Source: a virus (taxonomy: Duplodnaviria > Caudoviricetes). From it: a stretch of DNA of 64,000 nucleotides. Both the position numbers and the translations under genes were made by a program. Position 1 is the first letter of the stretch. Each line of letters begins with the position of its first letter. The notes under the pieces were generated by a model. The model worked only from the letters and a program-made list of their open reading frames with translations. It made no database searches and was not told where the DNA came from. The stretch is from the IMG/VR virus record IMGVR_UViG_3300029288_000077, positions 64,001 to 128,000 of that record; one strand, given 5' to 3'. Below, one piece after another: positions 26,610 through 36,342 of this stretch.

Positions 26610-26638
26610 ATTATACCACGTTTATTATACTCAGTCAA
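26610..26638 (-). promoter_or_regulatory. Strong sigma70-type promoter
   Basis: TTGACT-N17-TATAAT with TG extension on the minus strand. Confidence 0.8.
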
Positions 26639-26662
26639 TGTACGCGCATGTATGATATGTGA

Positions 26663-26839
26663 CTACCAGTAGTCTGCCAGGTTACTCCAAGAAACGCGCA
26701 CAGTGTCTTGCTCATAAGCACCGTTCACTAGTTTGCGCAGGAACTTGAGGAACACCTCTTCCGTGGGGGCGGTGAGTACCACCACTTCATTGACCTTGCC
26801 GTCCCTGTCCAGTACCATAATCGTGCACGTGGTCTTCAT
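26663..26839 (-). CDS. 58-aa hypothetical protein (MKTTCTIMVLDRDGKVNEVVV...)
   Basis: AAAAGGAG SD; below the ORF-track cutoff. Confidence 0.6.
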   Translation of the reverse strand: MKTTCTIMVLDRDGKVNEVVVLTAPTEEVFLKFLRKLVNGAYEQDTVRVSWSNLADYW

Positions 26840-26996
26840 TTGGAGATCTCCTTTTCGTTATCCATCAAAAATAAAGACGCATGAGAGGTGTTGTTCCTGA
26901 CATCTAAATTTATGCTTATTTGTGTCTGATGAATTTTAATTGAACGTGTGTGTTGTATAGTATCATAATCGCAGGATCACGAACAGGGGTATAAAT

Positions 26997-27704
26997 ATGC
27001 TAAAGAAGGCAACTTTTGGTAATGAGAAAAACGCATTTTACGAGTTTTCTAACAAAGTGAATTGGGCCATTTTTTGGAGAGAGCAGGGTGGTTGCCGAGA
27101 CACCATTAAAAAGTGGGCAGAAAAGACAGGCATAGTTGATCCAGGTGCCTGGTACGAATGCCTACACGCATTCCTGTTTGGACACTGGAACAGCTCGGAA
27201 CCCATTCGTCGCCCCTCGAAAGTACCAATCAAGGTGGCCACCAAACACAAGTTCAGTGAATTTTTGAAGCAGGCTGCTGAAAACCACCAAGAGTCACCTA
27301 AGCCAAATAGTTGGTACATAAATTACGGAATGACCAAGGATGCGTATGTGTCTGCCTTGGAAAGATCTTCCGACATCCCTGAGGAACAGGCGGCCATCTC
27401 CTATTTAAATACTAAGTGTCTGAGTCTTGGACACCAACTTTTTGAGGAGTACCTGTTAACTTTGGTGCCTGTAGACGAGGAGATGAAACAAACTGCTTCT
27501 AGGCTTCGCAAAAAGGCGGCTGTGTTAGAGAGAAAAGCTAGTATAGTACAATCATTTAAGAAGGGTGACAAAGTAAAGTATGTACTGCTGCAAAACAAGA
27601 CACTCGAAGTGCAAGGCACCGTAGAGGGTGCTGTAATAGGGCGCGACACAAACAATGGCTCACTTTCCTACGTCGAAGACGTGTGGAATCTTGAAAGGGT
27701 GTAA
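26997..27704 (+). CDS. Hypothetical, probably head-associated protein
   Basis: Repeated K/R-x-A(S) motifs (LKKA, IKVA, KQTAS, RKAS) as in protease and scaffold. Confidence 0.6.
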   Translation: MLKKATFGNEKNAFYEFSNKVNWAIFWREQGGCRDTIKKWAEKTGIVDPGAWYECLHAFLFGHWNSSEPIRRPSKVPIKVATKHKFSEFLKQAAENHQESPKPNSWYINYGMTKDAYVSALERSSDIPEEQAAISYLNTKCLSLGHQLFEEYLLTLVPVDEEMKQTASRLRKKAAVLERKASIVQSFKKGDKVKYVLLQNKTLEVQGTVEGAVIGRDTNNGSLSYVEDVWNLERV

Positions 27705-27705
27705 C

Positions 27706-28380
27706 ATGGACAAGCATGCTGATTTCATGGAACCTCAAATAACCGACAGAAGAGAGTGGTTAGTAATTGATGGTCCTCAGGGGTCTGAGTATCTGGACTT
27801 AGACGATATTGACCCAGGCGCAGCGCACAGCCTGGTACGTGCAGTAGAATTGCATGATCCTCAAAGTCCAGAAGACAGAGTAGCTCTAAGTGAAAGTTTT
27901 CCGGAGCTAAAGGATTATTTTAGAAATGATAAAGTTTGGGAGGCGGAGATAATAACTGGTTATGGTGCTAGACTGTCAGCATCAGGGTACTTAGATCGCA
28001 CCGAGTGGGTTGTGTTTGATACTCCAGAAGAGGCCGAAGCTTTCCTAGAAGAAATGTACGGTGACGACGATTTTGATGAAGAGGCGTGTGAGTATAAAGC
28101 CTCAAGACACATTGCCAGCAAGTTAGATAAGGAGTTTGAAAAAGCGCAACAATTGTTGAAGGATGCCAAGGTACAGTTAAGAGAGTGTGCAAAGGTATTT
28201 ACATCTCTAAGTAATGATTTAGGTGTGCGAGTAGATGCTCTGGATGCAGTCACAAGACATGATGACAATATTGAAGATGGCAGTAAGTACATTAAATTGT
28301 TGGATAAACTAGATAAACTGCATGGGGAAGTAGAAATGGCAGTGGCGTACGTTGAGGCAGCTTCAGAAGCTGCAAAATAA
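27706..28380 (+). CDS. Acidic phage protein (GYGARLSASGYLDRTEW domain plus helical C-terminal domain)
   Basis: AAAGGG SD before ATG 27706. Confidence 0.65.
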   Translation: MDKHADFMEPQITDRREWLVIDGPQGSEYLDLDDIDPGAAHSLVRAVELHDPQSPEDRVALSESFPELKDYFRNDKVWEAEIITGYGARLSASGYLDRTEWVVFDTPEEAEAFLEEMYGDDDFDEEACEYKASRHIASKLDKEFEKAQQLLKDAKVQLRECAKVFTSLSNDLGVRVDALDAVTRHDDNIEDGSKYIKLLDKLDKLHGEVEMAVAYVEAASEAAK

Positions 28381-28389
28381 GGTTGTGTA

Positions 28390-29250
28390 TTGAACGATCT
28401 GACTGAATTAGCTATTTTTCGTACAGGACAAACCGGTGTAATAACCTGGTTTGTTAAGAACCATACTACCGGTGACTTGATAGATCTAGGATCTGGTAGT
28501 CGGTTTAGTATGATTGACATAGATAGCAATGTGGAAGTGTTGTCCGAGAATCTAGGTCCCTTGGGTGGTGCTCTTGTAACTAGAGCTGCAGAAGGTACCT
28601 ATCAGTTCTCCGTTGATACTTCTGTTTACCCTGGCAGCTACATAGCTGGTATTTACTGTGTAGTGCCTGGTGAAACTTTCAATGTAAACACTTTCTTCAA
28701 GTCCGTGTCTGCTAAACAGTTTGCTTATGCTGCACAACTGAGGATGACCGTAGATAAAGCAAACAAATCGATGGTGGATTATATAGCTAATATGGATCGT
28801 CCTGCTGGTCCGCCCATTTTGTTGAAGTACGGGTATTCAGACGAGGCGTTAATATATTACATGGAGCGCGGTACGCAGCTAATCAATGCAGTCCCTCCTT
28901 ACACCGCACTAATAGTAGATACATTTCCATTTAGTATCTTTGGTAACATATTGATTGATGCAGCTACCATAGCCACATTGGAAGCACAGGGTATTTTTGC
29001 TATTGACACTGACTTTGATTATGCCTTTGGTGGAAACAGTATGGTCATAGATCACTTTACTAAGCTAAGTGCTTTTGTGCAAAATTTGCTTGGACGATTT
29101 AAGGATGAAGTGTCTGCTTTCAAAAAGCAGTACCTTACCAAGGGTATGGTGTTATACCAATTCCTGCCTGGTGGCATTCGTGACTTGCGGTACTTGTCTG
29201 CTATGCCAGATGGATTCTGGTCAAGACTGTTCAGTGTATCATTCGGGTGA
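28390..29250 (+). CDS. Head-tail adaptor/connector protein
   Basis: Beta-rich N-domain plus helical domain (YSDEALIYYM...INAVPP; DFDYAFGGNSMVID); located after head genes. Confidence 0.6.
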   Translation: MNDLTELAIFRTGQTGVITWFVKNHTTGDLIDLGSGSRFSMIDIDSNVEVLSENLGPLGGALVTRAAEGTYQFSVDTSVYPGSYIAGIYCVVPGETFNVNTFFKSVSAKQFAYAAQLRMTVDKANKSMVDYIANMDRPAGPPILLKYGYSDEALIYYMERGTQLINAVPPYTALIVDTFPFSIFGNILIDAATIATLEAQGIFAIDTDFDYAFGGNSMVIDHFTKLSAFVQNLLGRFKDEVSAFKKQYLTKGMVLYQFLPGGIRDLRYLSAMPDGFWSRLFSVSFG

Positions 29251-29495
29251 TAAATATGGTTGAGAAGAAGACCAACAAGACCTTTGTGACCAATGACTTT
29301 TCTATGTCAGCATATTTATTTATGCGAGGAAAACACTTGGTAAAGGCTTCGAAAGATGGGGCCACATTCAGATTTGAATTTGTAGATGATGGAGAAATAG
29401 AATCACTGACCATGGAATACATACATTCGGAGAGTTCCAAGTTTGATGATGCAGTGCGAAAAATCAAAAAGATCATCTATGGTACGAAAGGATAA
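29247..29495 (+). CDS. DUF5659-like small protein
   Basis: FVTNDFSMSAYL...FRFEF pattern. Confidence 0.55.
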   Translation: MINMVEKKTNKTFVTNDFSMSAYLFMRGKHLVKASKDGATFRFEFVDDGEIESLTMEYIHSESSKFDDAVRKIKKIIYGTKG

Positions 29496-29500
29496 ATAAT

Positions 29501-29926
29501 ATGGCTCACAACTCGTGGGGTAATTTTCAAGTAGCTACCGTCACGGTTGAACCGGGTGGTTATGTAGATGTGTTTCCTATACGGTCCAACACTGTTTACA
29601 AAAACGTGTCTGTTGGTGTGATACCACTAGATGATCATATCACTTACAAGCACGCTGTTGGCATTTATATGTATGAAGAGTTAGAAGAGTCACATATATA
29701 TAATGACGACAGCAAACACATTTCATTTATGACATTGCCAGATAAGATCTTTCCTCCAAATGTAGGATTAAAAACAAACCCAGAAATGGTCCGGGCTGCT
29801 TTATATGAACCTGCCTTGAACGTAATAAAGATTCGTATAGCAAATGCTGAGGCTGAGACGAGGCATTTCCAGGTGTATGGTACATTTGAATGCCTTGATA
29901 CTGTCATGAAAGCTGTAGGTAAGTAA
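29501..29926 (+). CDS. Small beta-sandwich virion-type protein (no signal peptide)
   Basis: Beta-strand pattern; AAAGGA SD. Confidence 0.55.
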   Translation: MAHNSWGNFQVATVTVEPGGYVDVFPIRSNTVYKNVSVGVIPLDDHITYKHAVGIYMYEELEESHIYNDDSKHISFMTLPDKIFPPNVGLKTNPEMVRAALYEPALNVIKIRIANAEAETRHFQVYGTFECLDTVMKAVGK

Positions 29927-29927
29927 C

Positions 29928-30260
29928 ATGATAAATCACTATAAGTGGGGCCTGCAAGACGGACAAGCAGATCCAGACAGCGGAAGTGGTGTGCCTGCTG
30001 GTTCTGATTATGGTGCTCCAGAGGTGTTTACTGGTGCTTTAGCAGGAGATGTCACACTTACGTTTACGCGAGCCACCAAGTCTGTGACTATACACAATAC
30101 GCATGATTCAGAGCACTTGGAGGCGTCTTTGGATGGTGGGTTAACTTGGATTGACTTTGGGCCGTATGGTGAGCGTACCTATGATGTTAGCATACAGCAA
30201 CTTATGTTAAGACTGGTAGCTGGCAATAGTTCCTATGCTGTGGTTGGGGTGTTGTCATGA
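29928..30260 (+). CDS. Small beta-sandwich virion-type protein (no signal peptide)
   Basis: ATKSVTIHNT...SLDGGLTW pattern. Confidence 0.6.
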   Translation: MINHYKWGLQDGQADPDSGSGVPAGSDYGAPEVFTGALAGDVTLTFTRATKSVTIHNTHDSEHLEASLDGGLTWIDFGPYGERTYDVSIQQLMLRLVAGNSSYAVVGVLS

Positions 30261-30772
30261 AGAAGATAGCTTTTCTATTTTTGCTGGTTTTTGCTGTTGC
30301 TGCCCAAGCACAAGTAAATCAACAGGTAGATTGCCGCCTTAGAGATGCCACAAACCCAACTACTCGTGCTGCTGTGGGTGCTGCCACCGGGTCTACATTC
30401 GCAGTCTCTATCATAGGACTAACAGTAAAATCTGCTAATTATTTTTACAATGGGAGTGCCTGGGCTCCCATGATCCCTCCTTGGGGTACAGGATCCCTTT
30501 CTTCTGCAACAAATTGTGTTGCCATGGACACGGTTGGCACAGAGATTACAATTGTTCCTGGGTGGCACAAAATAAAAGCCATAAGCAACAGTGCTTGTTT
30601 GTTGTCGGGTGCAGTTGGTGTGTTAGCCTCCTTGACATGCGGAGCAGGTACGATGGGGTATCAATTAAGCGAAGGGGAACGCTTAGAAATTTACATACCA
30701 GACGTGCGTTTGGCAGTAAAAGCACCAACTAGCGTAACCGGTGATCTCTTGTGCGTAATTCGCATATACTAA
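30257..30772 (+). CDS. Signal-peptide-bearing small beta protein
   Basis: MKKIAFLFLLVFAVAAQA: basic n-region, hydrophobic core, AxA site. Confidence 0.7.
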   Translation: MKKIAFLFLLVFAVAAQAQVNQQVDCRLRDATNPTTRAAVGAATGSTFAVSIIGLTVKSANYFYNGSAWAPMIPPWGTGSLSSATNCVAMDTVGTEITIVPGWHKIKAISNSACLLSGAVGVLASLTCGAGTMGYQLSEGERLEIYIPDVRLAVKAPTSVTGDLLCVIRIY

Positions 30773-32868
30773 TAGCGGTCGCATATATTTTTTCTGTAAG
30801 CACATCTTTATCAGAAGATGCGGGGGAATTGTATCCGAAGTGGAGCGCCTCGTTTTCAGGATCTGATTACATAGATCCGTGTGTGGTGCGCGCCGGGGTT
30901 AAGGTATGCCCGACGTTGGACATGAACTTCGACCAGGCAGTTGCCGCGCAGGTAACCCCTGACGTGGGGCCAGCAGGGTTTGTACTGGATGTGGGGGGAA
31001 CTCCTGTACGTGTGCCTGATGGAACTTACCCCGATGGATTTGATGGTTCTAGTGGTAATGCTTGGGATATGCAAGGCGGGTATCTATACAGAGCGCACGC
31101 CAGCGGTGGAAGTGCGTTCAATCCTAACACAGCATTCTCCGCTTGCGTCGTGGTTACTCCGAACACCGCCATCACAACCAACAGCAGCCTACTTGGAAAG
31201 TATGACAGCACGTTCGCCAACCGCTCCTGGATGCTGTACGCCACCGCCGCAGACGGAGGATCGGCCGCAGCACTGTTTTCTGACAACGGCACCACCGATG
31301 CTGGGCACGTAACTGTACTGACTCGCACACTCGGGTTCCGCCCGCACATGACCAGCGTGGTTTGCATCACCTGGAGGAACGCCGGGGACGGTACCTCCCC
31401 GGCCGCGCTGTACGTCAACCGACTAGCCGTGGCTGGTACCGCCGCCGCACAGGCCCCCATCTACGCTTCCACGGCTCCGTTCTCTATTGGCTGCCAGAAC
31501 GTAGGCACGTACCCCTTCCCAGGACAGATCCACAGAGTCACCTTCTGGCAGGATGTGGAGTTGACTGCTGCTGAAGTGCAGCACTACCAGGCAGGTTATT
31601 TTGGGTACTTGGACAACAACGGGGTGACCTCACCAACATTTTACACAGGACTTAGTACAGATATTCCTCCATCTATCCCTTTTGCTAAAGCAGACACTGT
31701 AATTGAACCATTTATAGGAATGGCTGGTCAGGGGTTTTCTCGTGTAGGAGAATTAGTAGAAGGGGTTGGTGGCATTGCTTGGAATGAACCAACTATAAAT
31801 CTGTTACCAAACCCGTCTGCAGAATATGTAGATGAGGATCCGGAGGGGCCTGGAGGAACGTACCGTCCATTAGGTTGGGAGTTTCTCTGTAGTGACTGCG
31901 ATCCTTGGCTGCAAGTATCTGACGATCATTCCGCACACGGTAGCAATGCTATGGTTATTGGTCGTGCAGACGAATTCACTACTGGAGAGGCTTATTCAAC
32001 GTGTGTCGTTGGCTCTGGTCCTAAAAATTATTATCTGGATTTTAGATCTATGACCTCGGCGCACACCACTCCTGGGGGAACGGGGTTTTTTTCTGTATAC
32101 GCAGTTAGTTGGAGCGGGGCTGCTTGCGATGGTTCAAGACTAAGCGAGCCGCTGCTTTTAACAGTAGAAGATGTGGAGGGTGCTGGTTGGGTGTGGCATC
32201 AGGATGCTTTTACAAGTCACGCAGACGCCGAAAGTATAAATCTGTGGTTTGTTTGGACTGATGGAGAGCCAGCATCCACAATGTGGATAGATGCTGTTCA
32301 AGTTAGAGAATCAACATACCCTGTTTACGGGTTTTGCGGGCACAGTGCAACCGCTATAGCGACCTCCGTTTGCGCACAAATCGCTCCGAGTATTGAGCCA
32401 AATCCCTTGAATATCTCTAATACAGGAATAAGCTTAAAAGTGATCCAGCCCTACAGCATCAGCGAGATTACTGGCGTAGGTTGGTATGTAATATACTCTA
32501 GAGCAACCTCCGGAGCAAACAATTTACCTAATATCCAACTTGATACTGGTGGGGGGTACATCCGTAGTACTGTTCATTCTGGAACTGCTGGGGCGACAGA
32601 CTCCTGCCGAAACTTTGGTGATCCCTGGGCTAAGGATGTGCAGCACGAGATTCATTTTAGTTACACTAACAACGTTGGCGGAGATGGTTATATCTGGCAT
32701 GAAGTAGACGGCACGGACTACAATAACTTTATCTGCTTTGGGGTAGGTCCTGGGCGAGGGCTGGTAAACGGGATCGGTACAAGCCTCTGTATCGGCCACC
32801 CCTATAGTTATGCAAAAGGCTCTGGTTACGTACAAGATTTTTATGTGTACTTGAGATCTCTTCCCTGA
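30751..32868 (+). CDS. LamG/concanavalin-A-like plus carbohydrate-binding-domain fibre-like protein with putative signal peptide
   Basis: SLLGKY...RSWML...ALYVN...FSIG...FPGQIHRVTFW...LTAAEV (LamG); NLLPNPSAE...MWIDAVQV (CBM-like). Confidence 0.7.
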   Translation: MRNSHILIAVAYIFSVSTSLSEDAGELYPKWSASFSGSDYIDPCVVRAGVKVCPTLDMNFDQAVAAQVTPDVGPAGFVLDVGGTPVRVPDGTYPDGFDGSSGNAWDMQGGYLYRAHASGGSAFNPNTAFSACVVVTPNTAITTNSSLLGKYDSTFANRSWMLYATAADGGSAAALFSDNGTTDAGHVTVLTRTLGFRPHMTSVVCITWRNAGDGTSPAALYVNRLAVAGTAAAQAPIYASTAPFSIGCQNVGTYPFPGQIHRVTFWQDVELTAAEVQHYQAGYFGYLDNNGVTSPTFYTGLSTDIPPSIPFAKADTVIEPFIGMAGQGFSRVGELVEGVGGIAWNEPTINLLPNPSAEYVDEDPEGPGGTYRPLGWEFLCSDCDPWLQVSDDHSAHGSNAMVIGRADEFTTGEAYSTCVVGSGPKNYYLDFRSMTSAHTTPGGTGFFSVYAVSWSGAACDGSRLSEPLLLTVEDVEGAGWVWHQDAFTSHADAESINLWFVWTDGEPASTMWIDAVQVRESTYPVYGFCGHSATAIATSVCAQIAPSIEPNPLNISNTGISLKVIQPYSISEITGVGWYVIYSRATSGANNLPNIQLDTGGGYIRSTVHSGTAGATDSCRNFGDPWAKDVQHEIHFSYTNNVGGDGYIWHEVDGTDYNNFICFGVGPGRGLVNGIGTSLCIGHPYSYAKGSGYVQDFYVYLRSLP

Positions 32869-32881
32869 TAGGAGACAGAAG

Positions 32882-33268
32882 ATGCATACAATGCTGTTTC
32901 TGATTTGGCTTCTTGCCCAAGTAAACCCGTTTCCTGTATATGAAAGTACTACTACAGTAGCTGTTGCAGGTACTGCTACTACAGCCTGCGTGGCTCAGAA
33001 GGTTTTGATTTATCAAAATATGACGTTTACGGTTAGGAACACAGGCGCTAATGTCCTTACCGCATGTACGGTAGAGCAATCTGCTGATGGTATAACCTAT
33101 AGTACTGTATCAGATTCGTGGACAGACTGTAGCGAACTTGCAGCGGGCGCACAAACAACGTGGTCGATAAGTGGACATAGCTTCAAGTACATTCGAGTGC
33201 GTGTCACTGCTGCTGCGGCACCCAATAATACAACCGTGTCTTGTATCATCACGGGTAATGCGGGGTAA
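32882..33268 (+). CDS. Small beta-sandwich protein with short hydrophobic leader
   Basis: MHTMLFLIWLLAQ; VEQSADGITY...FKYIRVRVT; 4 Cys; AGGAG SD. Confidence 0.7.
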   Translation: MHTMLFLIWLLAQVNPFPVYESTTTVAVAGTATTACVAQKVLIYQNMTFTVRNTGANVLTACTVEQSADGITYSTVSDSWTDCSELAAGAQTTWSISGHSFKYIRVRVTAAAAPNNTTVSCIITGNAG

Positions 33269-33271
33269 ACC

Positions 33272-34951
33272 ATGCATCGTTTGCTTATTGCACTATTGCT
33301 TCCTATACTGTTGGGTGCATCCCCTCCGTCCGTTCTAGAGGGAGATACTCAAACATTTTTAGGTCCAATAAAAGTAGTGGGTGAAATTTATCGGTGGTTG
33401 GATAGCGTGTTGGGCACGGCTACTTTGGCGACGGTAGCTCCGATAACCTTATACGTAGAGACTACGGGGAACGATTCGAATGACTGCCTCTCCGTTAGTA
33501 CAGCGTGTTTAACTATACAAGAGGCCATCAATAGAATCCCTAAAAATATAGGCCACACAGTATCAATAACGGTTGGATCTGGTAATTTTGCTGGTTTTGT
33601 TGTCAGTGGTTTTATTGTAACAGACCAAAATCAATTTTCTGTTCAGGGCACACTTGGTGCCTATTCTCCTGCAACAGGGTTGCAAACAGGTGTTGCTGAT
33701 GGTGCGGGGGGTAGCACCGAAAAACTAGTAGACAGTGATGGTGGATGGACCGTTAACAATCTAAAGGGGTCTCTTTTAAAGATAGGAACCGAATACAGAT
33801 TTATTAGGGACAATACAGCTACAGAAATAGAGGTAGTTGGTGCATTCTCTGCTACTTGTAACGGAAAAACTTATGAAATTGTTGAGTCTAAAACGGTGAT
33901 TACTTCCAATGCATCAGTGGGTAGCGCTAGAGTCTATATTACCGCCAATGTAGCACGATCGGGTGGCATTCGAATTCTCAATTTGAAATCTTCTGGAGGG
34001 ACATATGGGTTCTTTGCAGATGGGACATCTGGGACGCGTTTTCAATATCTACACGCATATGGTTTCAGTGGTGTTGGATTTATAAATCAATTCGTAGATT
34101 ATGCTACTATATTTGATATAGCCGCTTCCGCTGGTACGGGTACCTCCTACGGCATTTTTATTTCGCACTCACATATGAGTAGTGTCGGTAGGATGTTTTC
34201 ATTTTCTAGTACTGGGGCCTACGGTATTAGGGCATACTCCACAAGTATAAATTCGCCGTCTTATTGGGTAGTATATGATTTAACTGGCACATCTGTATAT
34301 GGCATAGCCTTGGAAGCAATGATGAATATGGAATTAACTGGCACCAATAGGATTAAAAATATTACTGGGTCTACAAGTGTATATGGGGCCGGTTTTTATT
34401 CTGGGGCCTATTATAAGATAAGTGGAACGCTACTGATAGATACGATTACTAAAACTGGAGCTGTCGATTTAACTACTGGCATTGGCTTATATCAAGGACA
34501 ACCATGTGACGTAAACCTTCACAATATTACAGTAACAAACTGTACTAGTCATGGAATTTCTGCTACAAGATCTACTAGTATTATGCTCGTTACTGCTAGC
34601 CTTACAAATAACGATGGGTATGGTTTGCATGCCATACAAAATTCTAATATAATTTTTCGTAATGGAACGCAAACTGTTTCTGGCAATGCCTTAGGAGGAG
34701 TATATGCAGGCACTTCGGCCAAGGTTCTTTTAGACAACACAGATGGGTCAAATACTGGATATGGTATAACCGTTGAACAGGGTGCAAGAGTCACGATTGA
34801 TAGCGGAACAGGGATTACGGGAACCACAAATAATATTTTGTTAGACGATGTGGAGAAAACCTATGCTGGTGATTTTGCAGTAAACAAAGACACAGAAATT
34901 GGTGTGTATGGCTCTGTTGTACAGCGTTATGATGGGCTCGACTTTATGTAG
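33272..34951 (+). CDS. Right-handed beta-helix (pectate-lyase-like) tailspike-like protein with signal peptide
   Basis: MHRLLIALLLPILLGA; LYVETTGNDSNDCLSVSTACLTIQEAINRIPK; repeated YGI/GI beta-helix rungs. Confidence 0.75.
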   Translation: MHRLLIALLLPILLGASPPSVLEGDTQTFLGPIKVVGEIYRWLDSVLGTATLATVAPITLYVETTGNDSNDCLSVSTACLTIQEAINRIPKNIGHTVSITVGSGNFAGFVVSGFIVTDQNQFSVQGTLGAYSPATGLQTGVADGAGGSTEKLVDSDGGWTVNNLKGSLLKIGTEYRFIRDNTATEIEVVGAFSATCNGKTYEIVESKTVITSNASVGSARVYITANVARSGGIRILNLKSSGGTYGFFADGTSGTRFQYLHAYGFSGVGFINQFVDYATIFDIAASAGTGTSYGIFISHSHMSSVGRMFSFSSTGAYGIRAYSTSINSPSYWVVYDLTGTSVYGIALEAMMNMELTGTNRIKNITGSTSVYGAGFYSGAYYKISGTLLIDTITKTGAVDLTTGIGLYQGQPCDVNLHNITVTNCTSHGISATRSTSIMLVTASLTNNDGYGLHAIQNSNIIFRNGTQTVSGNALGGVYAGTSAKVLLDNTDGSNTGYGITVEQGARVTIDSGTGITGTTNNILLDDVEKTYAGDFAVNKDTEIGVYGSVVQRYDGLDFM

Positions 34952-35036
34952 TAATTTTCTAAGTGGTAAATTTCTCGCCGTCCCTTAAATCTTCTCTGTT
35001 ACCACGCAGTATAATAATCAGCAAATAGGAGGTCCC

Positions 35037-35168
35037 ATGAACAAGCAGACTACCAAGATCCTAAACTCCGTGAAAGAGTTCATTTACAAGTACAAGATTC
35101 CTGTAATTCTTGTTGCTTTACTGGTGGTTGCATCTACCGCAATCACCTGTGCGACCTGCGGTGCTTAG
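35037..35168 (+). CDS. 43-aa single-TM peptide ending TCATCGA
   Basis: AGGAGGT SD; TATAAT at 35010-35015; below the ORF-track cutoff. Confidence 0.6.
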   Translation: MNKQTTKILNSVKEFIYKYKIPVILVALLVVASTAITCATCGA

Positions 35169-35173
35169 CCGCC

Positions 35174-35374
35174 GTGTACGATTTTACACCTATGTGGACA
35201 CCTAAAATTAGGCGCATAGCCGAGTGTATGCACCAACAGCGCGAGTGGTGGGTGAATCGAAGGTCTTCTAAGGAAACTGTGCCGTTCGAGGCACTACCAG
35301 AATGTGATAAATTGGCCTACAAAATGGTAGCGGAACGCATATTGAAGATCACAGAAGATGAAAAAGACTATTGA
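35174..35374 (+). CDS. Hypothetical protein (RyR-like IAECMH...VPFEALPECDK)
   Basis: Weak motif resemblance. Confidence 0.45.
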   Translation: MYDFTPMWTPKIRRIAECMHQQREWWVNRRSSKETVPFEALPECDKLAYKMVAERILKITEDEKDY

Positions 35375-35497
35375 AAAGCTTTTTATTGGTGGTATGAAAG
35401 TGTTGGGCACATGCGCGTACGTGTTCTGTTGCTTGTGCGCCTATGTGGATCATAAGATTAAAGAAGGCGATAGGTTAGAGAAGCTAGGTATGCGAAA

Positions 35498-35743
35498 ATG
35501 ACACGTCCCGATATAGATAAGCTAGTGCGTGATGTTTATCTGGACCCGAGCGTGCCTTCTCATGCTCTACGTGCAATAGACACCTTCGTAAGATACATTC
35601 AGCACTTAGAACATGAACTAGATTTTACGGAACCTTATGACGCCCCTGCTAAGATAGCGAAGTTGAAGCTGGAGAAGCAGTTCGATCCCAGGAACGTGCC
35701 GGAGTTTCTAGATATCGTGAGGAAACAACATGACAAAGATTAG
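35498..35743 (+). CDS. Hypothetical protein
   Basis: Overlaps the next gene start. Confidence 0.5.
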   Translation: MTRPDIDKLVRDVYLDPSVPSHALRAIDTFVRYIQHLEHELDFTEPYDAPAKIAKLKLEKQFDPRNVPEFLDIVRKQHDKD

Positions 35744-36191
35744 AGTATATGCAAACCAAGAAGATCTTCAACTCGTTTTTGGAGACGAACTATTTGGAAT
35801 GGATATTCTTAATAACGATCCGTGGGCACTGGCGCAATTGTCCGACATCAACATCCTTTCTAATAAAGAACTTCTTGCTAGCTTTGTTGATGTGAATTTT
35901 GAAGGAGAAGGTGGCGTAGTTGTAGCGGCCATTTTCGATGCTTATGACGGCGAATCGTACGACTTTGATACAGTAGTGCATCCTAAGTACCAGGGGCGTG
36001 GTTTAGGAACACAGCTAATTGAAATAGCTATGGATCGGTTCAAGAGTGAAATATTAGAGATGAATCCTGATGCGAAGTTACATTTAGACGTAGTAAACCC
36101 GGGCATGGTTGATTTTCTAAAAACGAAGTATGGCCTAGAGGTAAAGGAAGAGGTTGGAAGTCACATAATTATGGGTGCTATTCTTGAGTAA
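35730..36191 (+). CDS. GNAT acetyltransferase
   Basis: VVHPKYQGRGLGTQLI acetyl-CoA-binding motif A; LDVVNP. Confidence 0.85.
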   Translation: MTKIRVYANQEDLQLVFGDELFGMDILNNDPWALAQLSDINILSNKELLASFVDVNFEGEGGVVVAAIFDAYDGESYDFDTVVHPKYQGRGLGTQLIEIAMDRFKSEILEMNPDAKLHLDVVNPGMVDFLKTKYGLEVKEEVGSHIIMGAILE

Positions 36192-36342
36192 CCTTTGCAA
36201 ATTTTGTCATAAGCCGTTTACGAAAACTAGTTCTAGACAAGTATATTGTAAACGACCGGAATGCATAGCTAGAAAACGCGCACGGATGCGGTACGTAAAA
36301 AACGTGTTAGGAGTCTCGTGGGCAAGATATGAGAAAAGATAA
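36184..36342 (+). CDS. 52-aa zinc-finger protein (CKFCHKPF...YCKRPEC)
   Basis: TTG start; fills the gap exactly; treble-clef Cys pattern. Confidence 0.55.
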   Translation: MSNLCKFCHKPFTKTSSRQVYCKRPECIARKRARMRYVKNVLGVSWARYEKR

